A DNA stretch of 64,000 bases. Origin: Candidatus Rifleibacteriota bacterium (GTDB lineage: Bacteria; Muiribacteriota; Ozemobacteria; Ozemobacterales; Ozemobacteraceae). The stretch covers positions 13,286 through 77,285 of the forward strand of contig JBNJGH010000003.1 of NCBI GenBank assembly GCA_051747585.1. The letters are read 5' to 3'. Below the pieces are notes generated by a model. It was given only the letters and a program-made list of their open reading frames with translations. It was not told the origin of the DNA and did no database searches. Shown here piece by piece: positions 20,818-29,231 of the stretch. Position 1 is the stretch's first letter, and every line of letters begins with the position of its first letter. Both the position numbers and the translations under genes were made by a program.

Positions 20818-21915
20818 TCAAAATCCATTAACAAGCTCTATTATTACTTTTGTATCTTCTTCATTCTGTACTGAACTAACAGGCAAACTCAAAACCTGTT
20901 CATGAATAATTTCAGTAATTTTCAACTCAGTAGTTTGCAGGTCCTTTAAAGACTTTTGGCGGTGAGGTGGAATTGGATAATGGATCATTGTCTCGACACC
21001 ATTTTCAAAAAGATATTTTTGCAAATTCTTTCGATCTTTTGCCCTTATAACAAATAAATGCCAGACATGACTATCATCTTGTATGAATTCGGGCAAAATG
21101 ATTGCTGAATTGGAGATGCTTTCACAATACAACCTTGCAATGTTTTTACGCTTATTATTCTCCTGATCAATGTATTTCAACTTTACTCTCAAAAAGGCGG
21201 CCTGAAGTTCATCGAGCCGACTATTAACTCCCAGGTAATTATTGACGTATTTTTTATCACTTCCATAATTTCTCAATGCTTTAATACAGGTTGCCAACTC
21301 TTTGTTATTAGTTATTACAGCGCCCCCATCACCTAAAGCACCCATATTTTTTCCCGGGTAAAAACTGAATCCCGCAGCATCGCCAAAAGAACCGGCTTTT
21401 TTACCGAATTGGATTGCGCCATGTGCCTGAGCAGCATCTTCAATTACTAACAAGTTATGTTTTTTAGCAATTCTTACTATTTTATTCATTTCAGCAACGC
21501 GGCCATAAAGATGAACCGGCATAATAGCTCTTGTCTTTCTGGTAATAAACTTTTCTATTAAAGTTGCATCTATATTGTATGATTTAATATCTGGCTCGAT
21601 TAGAACAGGCTTTAAATTATTTTCAGTTATAGATAGAATGGTCGCAAAATAAGTGTTAGCCGGAACAATTATCTCGTCACCCTCAGTTAATAACCCAAGC
21701 TCTTTGTAAGCTCTCAAAATAAGGGTTAAGGCATCGAGCCCATTAGCAACACCAATACAATATTTTACCTTATTATAAAGCGCAAACTCTTTTTCGAACG
21801 AATCAACCTCAGTTCCCAAGACATACCAACCCGAGTTCAGCACTCGCTCAAATGCCTCACTTAATTCTTGTTTATATTGAAGATTTATTTTTTGTATGTC
21901 GAGAAAGTTGATCAC
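20818..21915 (-). CDS. fdtB: DegT/DnrJ/EryC1/StrS aminotransferase (FdtB/QdtB-like)
   Basis: [48 protein letters not shown]; adjacent to an fdtA-like gene. Confidence 0.85.
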   Translation of the reverse strand: MINFLDIQKINLQYKQELSEAFERVLNSGWYVLGTEVDSFEKEFALYNKVKYCIGVANGLDALTLILRAYKELGLLTEGDEIIVPANTYFATILSITENNLKPVLIEPDIKSYNIDATLIEKFITRKTRAIMPVHLYGRVAEMNKIVRIAKKHNLLVIEDAAQAHGAIQFGKKAGSFGDAAGFSFYPGKNMGALGDGGAVITNNKELATCIKALRNYGSDKKYVNNYLGVNSRLDELQAAFLRVKLKYIDQENNKRKNIARLYCESISNSAIILPEFIQDDSHVWHLFVIRAKDRKNLQKYLFENGVETMIHYPIPPHRQKSLKDLQTTELKITEIIHEQVLSLPVSSVQNEEDTKVIIELVNGF

Positions 21916-21921
21916 AATATA

Positions 21922-22377
21922 TTATCTCAGTTTTTTTACAATTCTGGCGGGCACCCCTGCCACAAGAGCATTCGGGGGAACATTTGTGGTTACAACTGCG
22001 CCGGCGGCTACCATCGCCTTGCTTCCGACAATGATTCCAGGCAATATAGTAGCGTTCGCTCCGATAGAAGCTCCCTTACAAATAACTGTTTCGAGAAAAC
22101 TATCGGGGTATTTTCCTGATTCAGGATATTTGTCATTGGTAAAGGTCACGTTGGGTCCAATAAATACGTTATCTTCGATTTTTATACCATCCCAAACCTG
22201 AACCCCACACTTGATTGTAACATTATCGCCAATAGTTACATCATTTTCAATAAAACAATGAGAGCAGATATTACAATGTTTGCCAATTTCTGCACCTGCC
22301 AGAACAACGCAAAATTGCCAGATATTGGTATCTATACCAATATTCTCAGACTGCACATCACTTAATTTATGAATCAT
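21922..22377 (-). CDS. Hexapeptide-repeat N-acetyltransferase (QdtC/WxcM N-terminal-like)
   Basis: [18 protein letters not shown], left-handed beta-helix repeats, [14 protein letters not shown]. Confidence 0.88.
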   Translation of the reverse strand: MIHKLSDVQSENIGIDTNIWQFCVVLAGAEIGKHCNICSHCFIENDVTIGDNVTIKCGVQVWDGIKIEDNVFIGPNVTFTNDKYPESGKYPDSFLETVICKGASIGANATILPGIIVGSKAMVAAGAVVTTNVPPNALVAGVPARIVKKLR

Positions 22378-22766
22378 AATAAAGCCTTGAATTTGCAGTA
22401 ATCTCTAATATAATCTTCTTCAGAAAAATAATTGTCTGCCAGAACCATCAAAACACAATCTGGCGAAAAATCATATAACTCCCGCCATGTCATTTCATCG
22501 ATAAAAAGCCCTCTATCAGGTGAATCAAGGGTAACTTCCGCCTTTTCAAAACCATCGTCAAGACAACATTTGCAACTGCCATTCAAACAAACGACAATCT
22601 GCTTTAGTTTTTTATGGGCATGACAGCCGCGTTTAACACCTACTTTGGTATCGAAAATGTAATAAATTCTTTTGATTTCAAAAGGAATATTTTTCAAACT
22701 TTCTAATGCAACAAGCGAACCTCGATCATCGCCCATTATTTCAAAGTTGAAAATTGCAGGTTTCAT
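22374..22766 (-). CDS. fdtA: dTDP-4-keto-6-deoxyglucose 3,4-ketoisomerase (FdtA/QdtA cupin)
   Basis: [33 protein letters not shown]. Confidence 0.9.
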   Translation of the reverse strand: MKPAIFNFEIMGDDRGSLVALESLKNIPFEIKRIYYIFDTKVGVKRGCHAHKKLKQIVVCLNGSCKCCLDDGFEKAEVTLDSPDRGLFIDEMTWRELYDFSPDCVLMVLADNYFSEEDYIRDYCKFKALL

Positions 22767-22990
22767 TGATCAGCCAAGTCCTTTAAGCTTAAGTCAGCAT
22801 ACTCACAAAACAGGATAACACAACTTTGAACATCAAGCGCAGTGTTCTAATTCATTTGACTTAGCTCACTACAAGTATTAAATTACAGCCTGTTTAACTT
22901 GCGAATCTTCGATATATACTTTTTGAATGCGGTTACAATGTTATTAAAATTTAAAACCTTTTCTTTTAAAATCTTATTCTGGAGCTATCT

Positions 22991-23752
22991 ATGAGAAAAG
23001 TTTTTGATTTTTTTATCAGCAGTCAGGTTCGGCTCTCTGCAATTTTTGACAAGTTTCTTCCAACAATTATGAGAAGAGATGGTTATTCTGACTACATCTC
23101 AGCCATTATGCCCACAAAGCTTAAAAGGGGCTTAAAAATTGTCGATGTTGGCGGGGGAAAAAAGCCGGTTATATCGTTGGCGCAAAAAGAAGGTCTGGGC
23201 CTCAAAATTACTGGTTTTGACCTGAGCAGCAGGGAATTAAAAAAAGCACCCCAAGGCATCTATGATCATATTTTTACCGGCGATATCTGTAAAACCTGCA
23301 TTAACTTAAATGCTGATCTGGTTATCTGTATAGCAGTTCTCGAGCACGTAAAAGATACAGAAGCTGCCCTTAAAAATATTGCTGCAATGCTTAACCCCGA
23401 GGGAAAAGCTCTTATTTTTGTACCCTGCCGAAATTCTATTTATGCACAGTTAAATTTAATCCTTCCGCAAAATTTGAAAAGAACTCTTCTTTCTTTTTTA
23501 TGCCCCGGAAGTGAAAAATACCAGGGATTTAAAAGCTTCTACGACAGATGCACTCCCGCAAAATTTAAACAAAACGTCCGCAAAGCTTGTCTTAAAGTAA
23601 TTGACGAATATTATTATTTTCAAAGCGACTATTTTTCTTTTTTCCTGCCTTTACATGTTCTATACAGATTGACGACTCTTTTACTTCGTAGATCGCTTGG
23701 CAATGATGCCGCCGAAACTTTTACTCTTTTGCTTCAGCGCTCTGATGACTAA
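22991..23752 (+). CDS. Class I SAM-dependent methyltransferase
   Basis: VDVGGG, GFDLS, AVLEHVKD, LNPEGK. Confidence 0.85.
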   Translation: MRKVFDFFISSQVRLSAIFDKFLPTIMRRDGYSDYISAIMPTKLKRGLKIVDVGGGKKPVISLAQKEGLGLKITGFDLSSRELKKAPQGIYDHIFTGDICKTCINLNADLVICIAVLEHVKDTEAALKNIAAMLNPEGKALIFVPCRNSIYAQLNLILPQNLKRTLLSFLCPGSEKYQGFKSFYDRCTPAKFKQNVRKACLKVIDEYYYFQSDYFSFFLPLHVLYRLTTLLLRRSLGNDAAETFTLLLQRSDD

Positions 23753-24956
23753 GCCAGGGCGGCTGATTAGCATAAAACTCTTTATAAAGCATTGTTATTG
23801 CTATTAAAGTAATAATAGTATGGTTCGCGCACAGGCCGGCAATTTTAAAATTCAATGCCAGAAATATTGCCAGAAATATTCTGATAAATGCAAGTTTAAG
23901 CATAATTTTATTCAGCTTTGCTTCAAGCCCGAGACTGTAAAACAAAGGTATCATAAAGGCATTGGGAATAGCCATCCAGAGTGATAACCATAAAAACAAA
24001 GCTGCAAGTGTAACTTCGTTAAAAGCATAAAATTTTAAATACCATACCAGTGCACCGATTACCATGACCGAAACACAAACAGCTCCGCCAAGCTTGAAAT
24101 GCCTTTTTTTTGCCAGCTCGAGCTCTTGTTTATCTGTTTTGTTAACAGCTTCGTTCATTCCCGGGTATACTGCCTGAGCACTGACATAAGACGGCCAGAT
24201 GCATAATTTAAGTGCAGAATCAAGGGTTCCATAAACGCCCAACAGTTCAGGGCTAAAGAATCTGCCTGCCACCAGCGAATCGATTCTTACATAAATTGAA
24301 TTAGCAACTCCCAGCGCCATAAAAGGCCATGCTGTTTTAAACATTAATCTAAATTCATTATTGGATTTTGCAATCGGATGCGCCTGCGAAGAATCAATAA
24401 CTATTGTTTCTATCCAGACACCAATTGCGAGTGCAGCCAGTGCAACATTGGCATTAAAGGATTGAAGACTCGCACAAATTATTATAAAAAGCATAGCCGA
24501 CAAGAAATGAACTATAGAACCGCGCAGAAGCGAGCTATATTCCTGGCGGGCGTGACGATAGCCCTGATTTCCCAGTAAAACGACCCTGCCGACGCAAAAG
24601 AAGAAAGCAGCCAGCCCTGCGCCTTGCCAGCTCCAGGCAATTTCACCGAACTGGTTAAAAATTATAAAAATCAGACCGCCAAAAAATCCTAAAATTATTC
24701 TGGTGATAATTATTTCAGGAAGTTGGGGATGAGTTCGATTATCTCTGCTGCCAAACAACACAGGAAAAGCTTTTGCCATACCCATATCAGCAATTTGCGA
24801 CACAACAAAAGCTGCATTTGAGATAAAAAAGAATTTGCCCGCTTCTGCTTTTGAACTGAATATTATCAAAGCGAACTGCAAAAGTGGAATTGCCGCCAGA
24901 CTCATGGTTCTGGCAAGAGCGAAAGGTAAAATTTTTCTAAAAATAAATTCGAACAT
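23721..24956 (-). CDS. Wzx-like polysaccharide flippase
   Basis: About 12 TM helices; IADMGM and YVRIDSL...LGVY motifs; closes the glycan cluster. Confidence 0.75.
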   Translation of the reverse strand: MFEFIFRKILPFALARTMSLAAIPLLQFALIIFSSKAEAGKFFFISNAAFVVSQIADMGMAKAFPVLFGSRDNRTHPQLPEIIITRIILGFFGGLIFIIFNQFGEIAWSWQGAGLAAFFFCVGRVVLLGNQGYRHARQEYSSLLRGSIVHFLSAMLFIIICASLQSFNANVALAALAIGVWIETIVIDSSQAHPIAKSNNEFRLMFKTAWPFMALGVANSIYVRIDSLVAGRFFSPELLGVYGTLDSALKLCIWPSYVSAQAVYPGMNEAVNKTDKQELELAKKRHFKLGGAVCVSVMVIGALVWYLKFYAFNEVTLAALFLWLSLWMAIPNAFMIPLFYSLGLEAKLNKIMLKLAFIRIFLAIFLALNFKIAGLCANHTIITLIAITMLYKEFYANQPPWLSHQSAEAKE

Positions 24957-25054
24957 AACTTTTTGTTTTATTGGAATGCTGATAATACTGTTTATTGATT
25001 ATTTTGTCATCAACCCTTTCGCTCAACTGAAGAATACTGAACAAAAAACCAGAT

Positions 25055-25421
25055 ATTCTCGGTCAATTATTATCAGCTGGTTACCAAAATTTTTGGTTTT
25101 ACTTCTTTTTGTCAAATATAGAATTTAAACCACCGAGATCACCGAGGCCACCGAGTGGATTTTTTTATCTTTTTCAGCCGTGGATTGTCCGGGGGACAAT
25201 CAGCCGGCGACTTTTTGTCGCCGGCTTTCCCGGCATAAGCAAGCTCTAAGAAAAACACTGGTGCTTTTCTTAGAGCTTGCTTATGCCGGGAACAAGGCTG
25301 AAAAAGATTCTCTGTGCTGCTCTGTGAACTCTGTGGTTATTTTCTTTGTGGCTTTGAGGCTTAGTGTGAGAAATTTTCTTTTTCTTAAACGAGTTGATGG
25401 TAGCTGACCGAGAATTGCTGA
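25055..25421 (+). repeat. Nested palindromic intergenic element, copy 1 (core cassette 25167-25308)
   Basis: Outer IR attctcggtca/tgaccgagaat; accaccgag/ctctgtggt IR; atctttttcagcc/ggctgaaaaagat IR enclosing three hairpins. Homologous to the copies at 35.6, 40.7 and 42.3 kb. Confidence 0.92.
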
Positions 25422-25457
25422 CAAAAAACTGTTGGTTGTTATTAATCTGTCGGTCTA

Positions 25458-25487
25458 TGGTATAATAAGAAAAAATCTTTTAGGAGG
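25458..25487 (+). promoter_or_regulatory. Putative extended -10 promoter and RBS of the DUF885 gene
   Basis: TGgTATAAT at 25458-25466; AGGAGG at 25482-25487 before ATG 25496. Confidence 0.5.
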
Positions 25488-25495
25488 CAGGCTGA

Positions 25496-27172
25496 ATGCG
25501 CCGCAATGCTGTTTATAAACATAAAGGTTTCACAAAGCTGGCAGATTATTATTACCGTGAAATTTTAAGCAGAAATCCGGTAACCGCCACCTGGCTCGGG
25601 GAGCATTCTTTTGATGGGTTTCTACCGGAAACCGGAGCAGAAGCCATTGAACGCAACAATTCTTTTTTGCGGGAAATGCGAAACGCTTTTCTATCTCTGC
25701 CAGAGGGTGAACTGTCTATCGACGAACGTCTTGATCGAGACATAGCCGTTCATTTTGCTTCGACTCAATTATTTCTAGAAGAAGATCTTCAAAGGTGGAA
25801 AATGGGCCGTGATTTGGCTATGAATATTGGCGATTCTCTCTTTTTACTTTTCACCAGAGACTTTGCCCCTCTCCATGACCGGGCAGAGAAAATGATTTTA
25901 CGCTTGAAGTCTGTTCCTGCCTATCTGATGAGGAGCAAAACCCTTTTTCAAAACGTCCCTGCCCTCTGGGGAGAAATATTCCTGGAATCTATGACTCAGC
26001 TACCAGGATTTATAGAAACAGTTCAACAAAGCATAAGTCCTCGAATTTCTCCCTTGCTGGCAGATGAATTCGAGAAAGCTGCAGCTAGCGCCAAAAAAGC
26101 AATTGCCGAGTTCAAAAACTGGTTTACCCATGCCATAATGCCTAAAGCTGAACATGACTGGGCAATGGGAGAAAATGCTTTTCAAGCCTATCTTGGCATA
26201 ATTAAAACCGGTTTAAACCAGAGTGAAATTCTTGACATTGCCGATAAGACAGCCCAACAAGCAAGAATCGAGCTCGAACTTTTAACTGACGAAATTTTAG
26301 GAAAAAGCACAGGAAGAGCTGCGGGAGCCAGGAAAGAAGCTCTTAAAAGAATCAGACACCATTGTCCTGCAAACTTTGAAGTCGCATTGGCAACCTACCG
26401 AGATGCCATAAAAAAATGCCGTGAGTTTGTAAAAACTTCAAGCTTTGCAACTCTTCCCGAAAATGAAGAGCTTGAAATCATGGAAACCCCTGATTTCATG
26501 TCACATTTAATTCCATTCTCTGCCTATATTGGACCTGAAAGGCATGCAAAAATTCAAAAAGGAATCTACCTTCTCACCCGGGATAAACAGGGATCAAATT
26601 CAAGCAGATATAACTATGCTGAAATTGCAAATGCAGCCTTACACGAAGGATACCCGGGGCATCATCTTCAGTTAACCGGTCAAAATCTTCATCCCGGAAA
26701 AATCAGGATTTTTGCTGAAAGTCTTGAAATGATAGAAGGATGGGCGCACTATTGCGAAGACCAGTTAAAAGACAAAGGCTTTTATAAATCTAAAGAGGAA
26801 GCCTTTACCCACGCTCTTGACCAATTATTTAACGCGGCCCGGCTGAAAATTGACATTAATTTGCAATGCAAAACCTGGAACTTTGACAAAGCCATGCAGT
26901 TTTTAATGGAAGAAGCAGGAATAGACAAAGCCTCTGCTTCTGCAGAGCTCAAAAGGTATTCACAGAGTCCAGGATGTCAGTTAAGCTACATCGTAGGAAA
27001 AGAGCTTTTAAATGACTTAAAACATAGCATGAAGAATAAATTGCAAAACGATTTTTGCGAAAAAGACTTTCACGATTTAATAGTCTATGAAGGCAGTATA
27101 CCAACTTTCATGGCAAGAAAATATTACCCGGAAATTCTTGAGCAAAATCGCAAATCAACCGGCAGGACATGA
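25496..27172 (+). CDS. DUF885 family putative metallopeptidase
   Basis: NPVTATWLG, HEGYPGHHLQ, EGWAHYCE, PGCQLSY..G. Confidence 0.9.
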   Translation: MRRNAVYKHKGFTKLADYYYREILSRNPVTATWLGEHSFDGFLPETGAEAIERNNSFLREMRNAFLSLPEGELSIDERLDRDIAVHFASTQLFLEEDLQRWKMGRDLAMNIGDSLFLLFTRDFAPLHDRAEKMILRLKSVPAYLMRSKTLFQNVPALWGEIFLESMTQLPGFIETVQQSISPRISPLLADEFEKAAASAKKAIAEFKNWFTHAIMPKAEHDWAMGENAFQAYLGIIKTGLNQSEILDIADKTAQQARIELELLTDEILGKSTGRAAGARKEALKRIRHHCPANFEVALATYRDAIKKCREFVKTSSFATLPENEELEIMETPDFMSHLIPFSAYIGPERHAKIQKGIYLLTRDKQGSNSSRYNYAEIANAALHEGYPGHHLQLTGQNLHPGKIRIFAESLEMIEGWAHYCEDQLKDKGFYKSKEEAFTHALDQLFNAARLKIDINLQCKTWNFDKAMQFLMEEAGIDKASASAELKRYSQSPGCQLSYIVGKELLNDLKHSMKNKLQNDFCEKDFHDLIVYEGSIPTFMARKYYPEILEQNRKSTGRT

Positions 27173-27173
27173 A

Positions 27174-27680
27174 ATGACTTTTCAGAAACAGCTTTTTATA
27201 CCCAACAAAAAAGATTATATTACCGGAGAAAAAAGACCTGAAGTTGACTGCATAATCTGTTCCATTATTTCTAAAGCTCCAGAAGTTACCAATCTGTTAA
27301 TCTGGAAAAACAAGCATGTAGCAATTTGTGCAAATCTTTACCCTTACAATGCAGGACATTTACTGTTATTCCCCACACGGCATATAAACGATCCCAGGGA
27401 TTACAACAATACAGAAATTATACAGATGCAGATGCTTTTAAGCAGAACCCTCGAGATTTTAGACAAACTCTATCAACCTGCCGGTTATAACATCGGCTAC
27501 AACGTGGGCGAAGCTTCAGGAGCGAGCATAGCGCACCTTCATCAGCATGTCGTTCCCAGATATCCCAGAGAACTTGGCTTTGTTGATATTACCGCCGGGG
27601 CAAAAATTATAATAGAAGACCCGCAGATAACCCTTGAAAACTTGAAAAATGCTTTTGCCAATTTCTGCTTGGAATCTTAA
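27174..27680 (+). CDS. HIT family nucleotide hydrolase/phosphorylase
   Basis: CIIC, NLYPYNAGHLL, GYNIGYNVG..SGASIAHLHQHVVPR. ATG 27174 follows the DUF885 stop. Confidence 0.92.
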   Translation: MTFQKQLFIPNKKDYITGEKRPEVDCIICSIISKAPEVTNLLIWKNKHVAICANLYPYNAGHLLLFPTRHINDPRDYNNTEIIQMQMLLSRTLEILDKLYQPAGYNIGYNVGEASGASIAHLHQHVVPRYPRELGFVDITAGAKIIIEDPQITLENLKNAFANFCLES

Positions 27681-27741
27681 CTTCAGGCATCAATTTTTTT
27701 ATGTTATAATCCTCAAATAACAATAAACGGGAGAGTTTTAA

Positions 27742-28413
27742 ATGAACAAAAAACTGCTTGCAAGCTTGATTATGGGCTTTTTGTGTTTTGCCGTTACAGG
27801 ATGGACTTCACCGGAAGGTGACCTGCAATTCCTGGGTTTTTCCAATGAAATGATCGATGAAGTCAACAATGTTCTCGATGTCGAAAATAACGAATTTGTT
27901 CAAACTCCAGAGAATGATTCGCAGAAGCCAAAAGAGACAAAAACCGAAGCCGACTATTTACAGGAACAATTGGTAGAGCTTGCTAACAGCCGTGCAATAA
28001 CCGCAGGTAGAAAAGATAAATCAGAACAAATAAGAAACAAAACCATGAAATTCTGGTCAAAAATGCAACCGGCAAACCAAAATAGCCCTGCAACAGATGA
28101 GTTGCGTAGCCAGGTTCTTGCCGGGTTAAGAGAATCGCTAACCCTGGCAGGCTACCGCATTATTCAGCTTGACCTGCTTGACCTACCACCTGAGATGTCT
28201 GAAAATAAATTTAGAGCGGTAGTAAGAGTTACCAAACCTTTAAAAAGCAGAAATTCCTACAGGGAAATTCAAAATAATCTTAAACAAATTAAAGAAGTTT
28301 GTTCAAATGCAGCAACTATTGAAGGTAAAAACTACCTTTCAGAACTAACAACCTTCGTAGCAGAAAATCCTGAAAACAAATATTATTACGAAAAAACCAT
28401 TTTGAGGTATTAA
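27742..28413 (+). CDS. Hypothetical exported protein
   Basis: Signal-peptide-like start, RBS gggag, TGtTATAAT at ~27702-27710. Confidence 0.65.
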   Translation: MNKKLLASLIMGFLCFAVTGWTSPEGDLQFLGFSNEMIDEVNNVLDVENNEFVQTPENDSQKPKETKTEADYLQEQLVELANSRAITAGRKDKSEQIRNKTMKFWSKMQPANQNSPATDELRSQVLAGLRESLTLAGYRIIQLDLLDLPPEMSENKFRAVVRVTKPLKSRNSYREIQNNLKQIKEVCSNAATIEGKNYLSELTTFVAENPENKYYYEKTILRY

Positions 28414-28419
28414 TTACTT

Positions 28420-28833
28420 ATGAGCCTTCTAGCATCGCAACGACAATCAACCCGCCTGATGGTTTATGCGATGGTTTGCACCCTGGTCGTCGCTTTTGGC
28501 AGCATTGGCGCTGTGTTTGCAGCCCATATTGGCCCTCAATATTCACTTATGGGCCTCTTTCTTGGTTCAGCTCTCGGAGCTTTTATTGCTGTTTTCGAAT
28601 CAACAATTATAGGCTGCATGACCGGTATGCTTACCGGTTTGGTAGTTTTTCCTCTTGTTTATTACTTTATTGATTTTGAAACTGCTTACCTCATAATATT
28701 TGTTCTGGCCCTGTTCGGTGCAATAATGGGCGAGCCCCTGGCCTATTTCTGGCGCGAAGCCGAAGAAATCGAAGATGCTGACGACAATATAGAAAGCTTC
28801 AAAGAAAACGACCGGGAGTATTTTGATGAGTGA
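28420..28833 (+). CDS. Hypothetical small Gly-rich membrane protein with acidic tail
   Basis: About 4 hydrophobic segments; operon spacing. Confidence 0.65.
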   Translation: MSLLASQRQSTRLMVYAMVCTLVVAFGSIGAVFAAHIGPQYSLMGLFLGSALGAFIAVFESTIIGCMTGMLTGLVVFPLVYYFIDFETAYLIIFVLALFGAIMGEPLAYFWREAEEIEDADDNIESFKENDREYFDE

Positions 28834-29227
28834 AATTCGCCTTATAATGCTGGAAAATGGCGAGGCTTCATCCGGCCATATTCCCTCATCTTCTATCCCA
28901 TCTATTATGTGGGCAATCTCACAAAAAGCTGACAACTCCGAAACACTTTGGAACCTGTTAGAGGATATGGATCCGGGACTTTTCGAACATTTTTCATGCA
29001 ACAATGATGATTCTCCGCTGCTTGAGGGTTTTGATGACGGCCTTCTGGTAATTAACTGGGATCACAACTGCATAGAATCATTCCAAATTTACCAGCCCCT
29101 CAAATTCTCAGGAGTCGTGATTCCCCACAACGGAAAACACCTTGATATTGAGCATGAAGAAATACCTTACAAAATTGAAAGAAATTGGAACATCATAGAT
29201 CACCACTTTGAAGAGAGCAGGCATTGA
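28823..29227 (+). CDS. Hypothetical acidic protein
   Basis: Overlaps the upstream gene and abuts the downstream one; plausible composition. Start may be 28826. Confidence 0.65.
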   Translation: MMSEIRLIMLENGEASSGHIPSSSIPSIMWAISQKADNSETLWNLLEDMDPGLFEHFSCNNDDSPLLEGFDDGLLVINWDHNCIESFQIYQPLKFSGVVIPHNGKHLDIEHEEIPYKIERNWNIIDHHFEESRH

Positions 29228-29231
29228 AAAA

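Noticed and set aside
25227..25292. Constant-variable-constant pattern as a CRISPR array
   Set aside because: Copies are dispersed, the variable part is duplicated as its own reverse complement, and no cas genes are present.
25167..25308. tRNA gene suggested by the cloverleaf-like fold
   Set aside because: About 140 nt, with no T-loop or D-loop consensus, no anticodon arm geometry and no CCA end.
25180..25407. ORFs inside the repeats (25180..25407, 40732..40932, 40817..41008, 40885..41328, 45366..45563)
   Set aside because: They lie in palindromic non-coding repeats, reading frames are not conserved between copies, and shared peptides only reflect the repeat.
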